A stretch of DNA of 64,000 nt, from contig OU015567.1 of assembly GCA_907165135.1 (NCBI GenBank), positions 2,976,001 through 3,040,000 of the forward strand. The letters run 5' to 3'. A program made the position numbers and the translations under genes. The stretch comes from Oikopleura dioica (lineage: Eukaryota > Animalia > Chordata). This document shows, piece after piece, positions 62,201 to 64,000 of this stretch. Position 1 is the first letter of the stretch. Every line of letters begins with the position of its first letter. The notes beneath the pieces are model-generated. The model searched no databases. It worked only from the letters and a program-made list of their open reading frames with translations, and had not been told where the DNA came from.

Positions 62201-64000
62201 GGTTACTGTGCGGCGCGCGGACGCGACTTGATTCACGAGCTCCAGCGGTTTATCAAACACGGGAACAGCGGAAGATCGCTCGATCGACTTGGCGAGTGGT
62301 CACACCAAGTAAATAACACTTCTAGCTTCGCAGCAGGAAGTGCCGGTGATGAGGGCGAACGTGGGTTCGGATGAGTCCAATGAAGAAAGAAGCTTAGCGA
62401 TTGTCACCAGATGCAAGCGTCTAAGTACTGCTGTATGCTCTCTATACTAGACGGTTCTCTTGCAGCTAGTCGTAGCCTCTACTGTATCTTCAATAAAACA
62501 CGAGGAAAGGTAGTTTCCGAAAAAGCGTGTATTCTGCACTTTTACTGTGCGCGGACTGATGCAGTGTTCGTAAAAGTGGCAGGGAAGAGCGCGGCGCGAG
62601 ATCCCTATCAGATCTCTAACCGACTTTCAGCACTAAGACCTCACATTTTGGAAAATATTTTCTAAAGAACTGAAATTGGAACTGGACTCACCTTTAGAAT
62701 TAATTCGAGCTCAGATGGTGGAGCAGCTATGTAGACAATTTTTGCATCGTAGCGGCCATAACTTCTGACCGAGTTCGAGTAAATAGCCAAATTCTTCGCA
62801 ACGACTTGGGGATCCACATCGGCCAGTTGGTCGCACTTTCCTTGAGGTCGACAAGACGCTCCATGTTTCAATAAAAACTAGAAAGCAAAGTCGACCGTGC
62901 CTTGTCTGTGTTTCCAGCGCCTTTCTGGCAGTGCACCATGAAGTCTTTCTCGTCATACCTCCAGTGCATTGCGACCATATCCCACGTACCTTTTCAGCGA
63001 GGTTGACAAATTGTTACATGATTGAGACAGAATTTAGAGCTAATCGAATTTTTCGCTCGAGGAGAAATTCGAATCGAATTAAATCAACAATCGGCATTTC
63101 AAACTTGATTGAATAGTTATTAAATACCAAACTTGCTGAGTCAAAATTTTTAAGTCAAAAAGCCGAAATTGAAAGCCGCGTAGCGGCTTTTTCGTAAGCC
63201 GAAGCCGCGTTGCGGCTTTTTATTGCGGAGGTGTCTGGAACCGACAAAAAAATTTGGACAAATTTTGCGTGGAAATTTTCAACCAATCAGAAGCCTAGAT
63301 CTGGCAAATGGGCGAATCAGCTGCCGAGTAGCCGCCTACGCAAATTTTGTCGAAATCTTTTTGTCGGTTCCAGACACCATCCCTTTTTATTTGGGTTTTT
63401 TTGACTCAAAAATTTTCGTTGCTTGTACAGTCACTGTTTCCTGTTCTCAGTTAAAACCTGTGCCTATAACATCAGCAACAAAAGCACTCGCCGCGTCGCG
63501 AATAAATTGTGGCCTAGAAGATAAAACCAGTTCTATTCGCATTAAATTCTGCTAAGCCGCCACTGGCGACGCGTATTTTTGAACTTGAGCAGCTCTATTT
63601 TTGGTGTTTACCTCGGCGAGTAATGCATAACATTGGAAATGATAGCGGCGTCGTCATCTTGGCCGGAGGGACGCTCCGGATTGTCGGGATCGAAGTTTTT
63701 GTCGTTTTTTCGTTTGCGCTTGATCAGAAGTTTGGTAAGATCGATGTTGCGATAGGGGAACAACCACAGGGCGCATTTCTCGTCCGTTGGATACACCTTA
63801 ATTTTCCATAAATGAGACTTTCACAAGTTAACGGAATTAGCAACAAAAAGCGTGTCCCAAAATAAGCTCCGGCGTATTCCGTTTTATGTAACTAGTTGAA
63901 TTACGAAGCATAACTGTAAAAACTGCAGTTATCGAGAAATTGATATGATGTCTTCCTTGTAACTTGGTCCTTGTTTGATACTATTACAATAATTAAAAAC
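56207..64000 (-). CDS. O-fucosyltransferase-family (PF10250-like) glycosyltransferase; 5' end probably outside the window
   Basis: Exons DMVAMHWRYDEKDFMVHC, IVYIAAPP..LILK|LKATIVEK...SLVEMEICSNAGSFVRS|DASSWSKNI...|DDWTPDYW... join in phase across a 5040-bp intron (57652-62691). Confidence 0.75.
58302..58425. repeat. Three AAGCCGC-NNN-GCGGCTT hairpins plus a half-site (O-FucT intron)
   Basis: Loops CGA, TTC and TAC. Confidence 0.85.
59195..62650 (-). mobile_element. Internally deleted Ty3/gypsy LTR retrotransposon (Tor-like by inference), 3.45 kb
   Basis: LTRs 62412-62645 (5') and 59200-59434 (3') with TG...CA ends, TSD TTTTG (59195-59199, 62646-62650), PBS TGGTGACAATCGC 2 nt after the 5' LTR and a short PPT GGGGAG before the 3' LTR. 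Confidence 0.95.
59422..61866 (-). CDS. 814-codon ORF of the LTR element: gag-like segment, aspartic protease, pol fragments and integrase GPY/F C-terminus
   Basis: MFDTGAD (protease), VPFGGTGTKGIFQRR (RT-like scrap), LGLFYR and HWIGPYEI...HLRLV. No YxDD or integrase DDE core is recognisable; the stop lies inside the 3' LTR. Confidence 0.75.
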   Translation of the reverse strand: MSPVSACYALDIPADRIDSCFCILTLNAFRDEVLDHVFALAANPALLKAALEAIKTRLKLINARCKALLEFEHSPGASRTDPIETQSSDDSADVHDSAIGTDSASPVDNDQAFSDRELDRRNSNSTSPAQLTFSKPSRPDFTVTLAEHSSTVKNGMFDTGADDVILPKWLPKWHIPDELLKHLQSSKFTFTGVNSETKARGESRAIINFSDSKFAGTRILVTDGHNAPPLISSTVTDHAANVPFGGTGTKGIFQRRDSPGAEIYTQALKIKSYARDPWNALLIDSGNPSSADFHSYADARRSQPSQAAKIQLNPPAPGPNTSTSDLLSYLQSQKELVLPSYYHNRSELHELALLCVQYEHVSGSSTDELGLFYRPVRTPTNGEFPNCAGKRLCCTKLDTSTTCSVARVSTGERANVAARTIVEVVVFFALPDTLHDPDVRYDSPETYGKRIQMLSKLAKIANRSADLALERQHRRLHRDRLLKYGDMVHLYQPVTKVAKDSNCHWIGPYEIASKTVVKIVDGADFRDWANRSHLRLVPPRSDHLKSPSDLALVQELICGDDPDSPQNLLVGASGSYPEPLAKIPKVGRPAAEKQLLTSGMSTRKKRKRARPDSLPDPKRQNTASLPPSTAGNSTAPARSTSTSTTPRSTDLVEKDVQVLPVKTTSAPRGCAADSLHGHHLHSPSSSADLCPFFGNPSVFGGGIRKKTSLIRVDHTRKSTRRTREVFSKRKLVWCESASSRALIGSRCPEMVRSPSDISRLFVSTLVQFRRLAELIGCLSLHLSLLLFYDDSSHRLQLFNRRFSIVSRIWGAVRS
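63172..63220. repeat. Paired AAGCCGC-NNN-GCGGCTT hairpins (O-FucT intron)
   Basis: AAAGCCGC-GTA-GCGGCTTTT and GAAGCCGC-GTT-GCGGCTTTT. Confidence 0.85.

Overview
Eukaryotic, AT-rich, gene-dense window with many 40-55 nt introns and some non-canonical GC-AG and GA-AG donors. This fits the appendicularian Oikopleura (inference; I cannot confirm the species). There are no prokaryotic features or CRISPR arrays. Hand-spliced genes in order: an unusual HSF-domain gene with an intronic tRNA-Gly(TCC), an ammonium transporter, a small TM protein, an ApoD-like lipocalin, BTBD19, a micro-TM gene, LITAF, a zyxin/LPP-like LIM protein, a 74-aa microgene, an unknown gene, wee1, two tiny zinc-finger-like ORFs, a large secreted Thr-rich multi-domain (oikosin-like) gene, FoxA, a highly derived TGF-beta-superfamily ligand, a GT31 glycosyltransferase and an O-fucosyltransferase-family gene. 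The last carries a miniaturised Ty3/gypsy LTR element in a 5-kb intron. The mobile-DNA landscape is rich: a hAT-type fold-back with an 8-bp TSD, several GG...CC/TTAA TIR elements including 32-50 bp micro-elements, a MITE that makes up nearly an entire GA-AG intron in LITAF, a TIR pair enclosing a zinc-finger mini-gene, and paired GC hairpins found only in introns. Gene boundaries come from manual splice reconstruction and some terminal exons are approximate.
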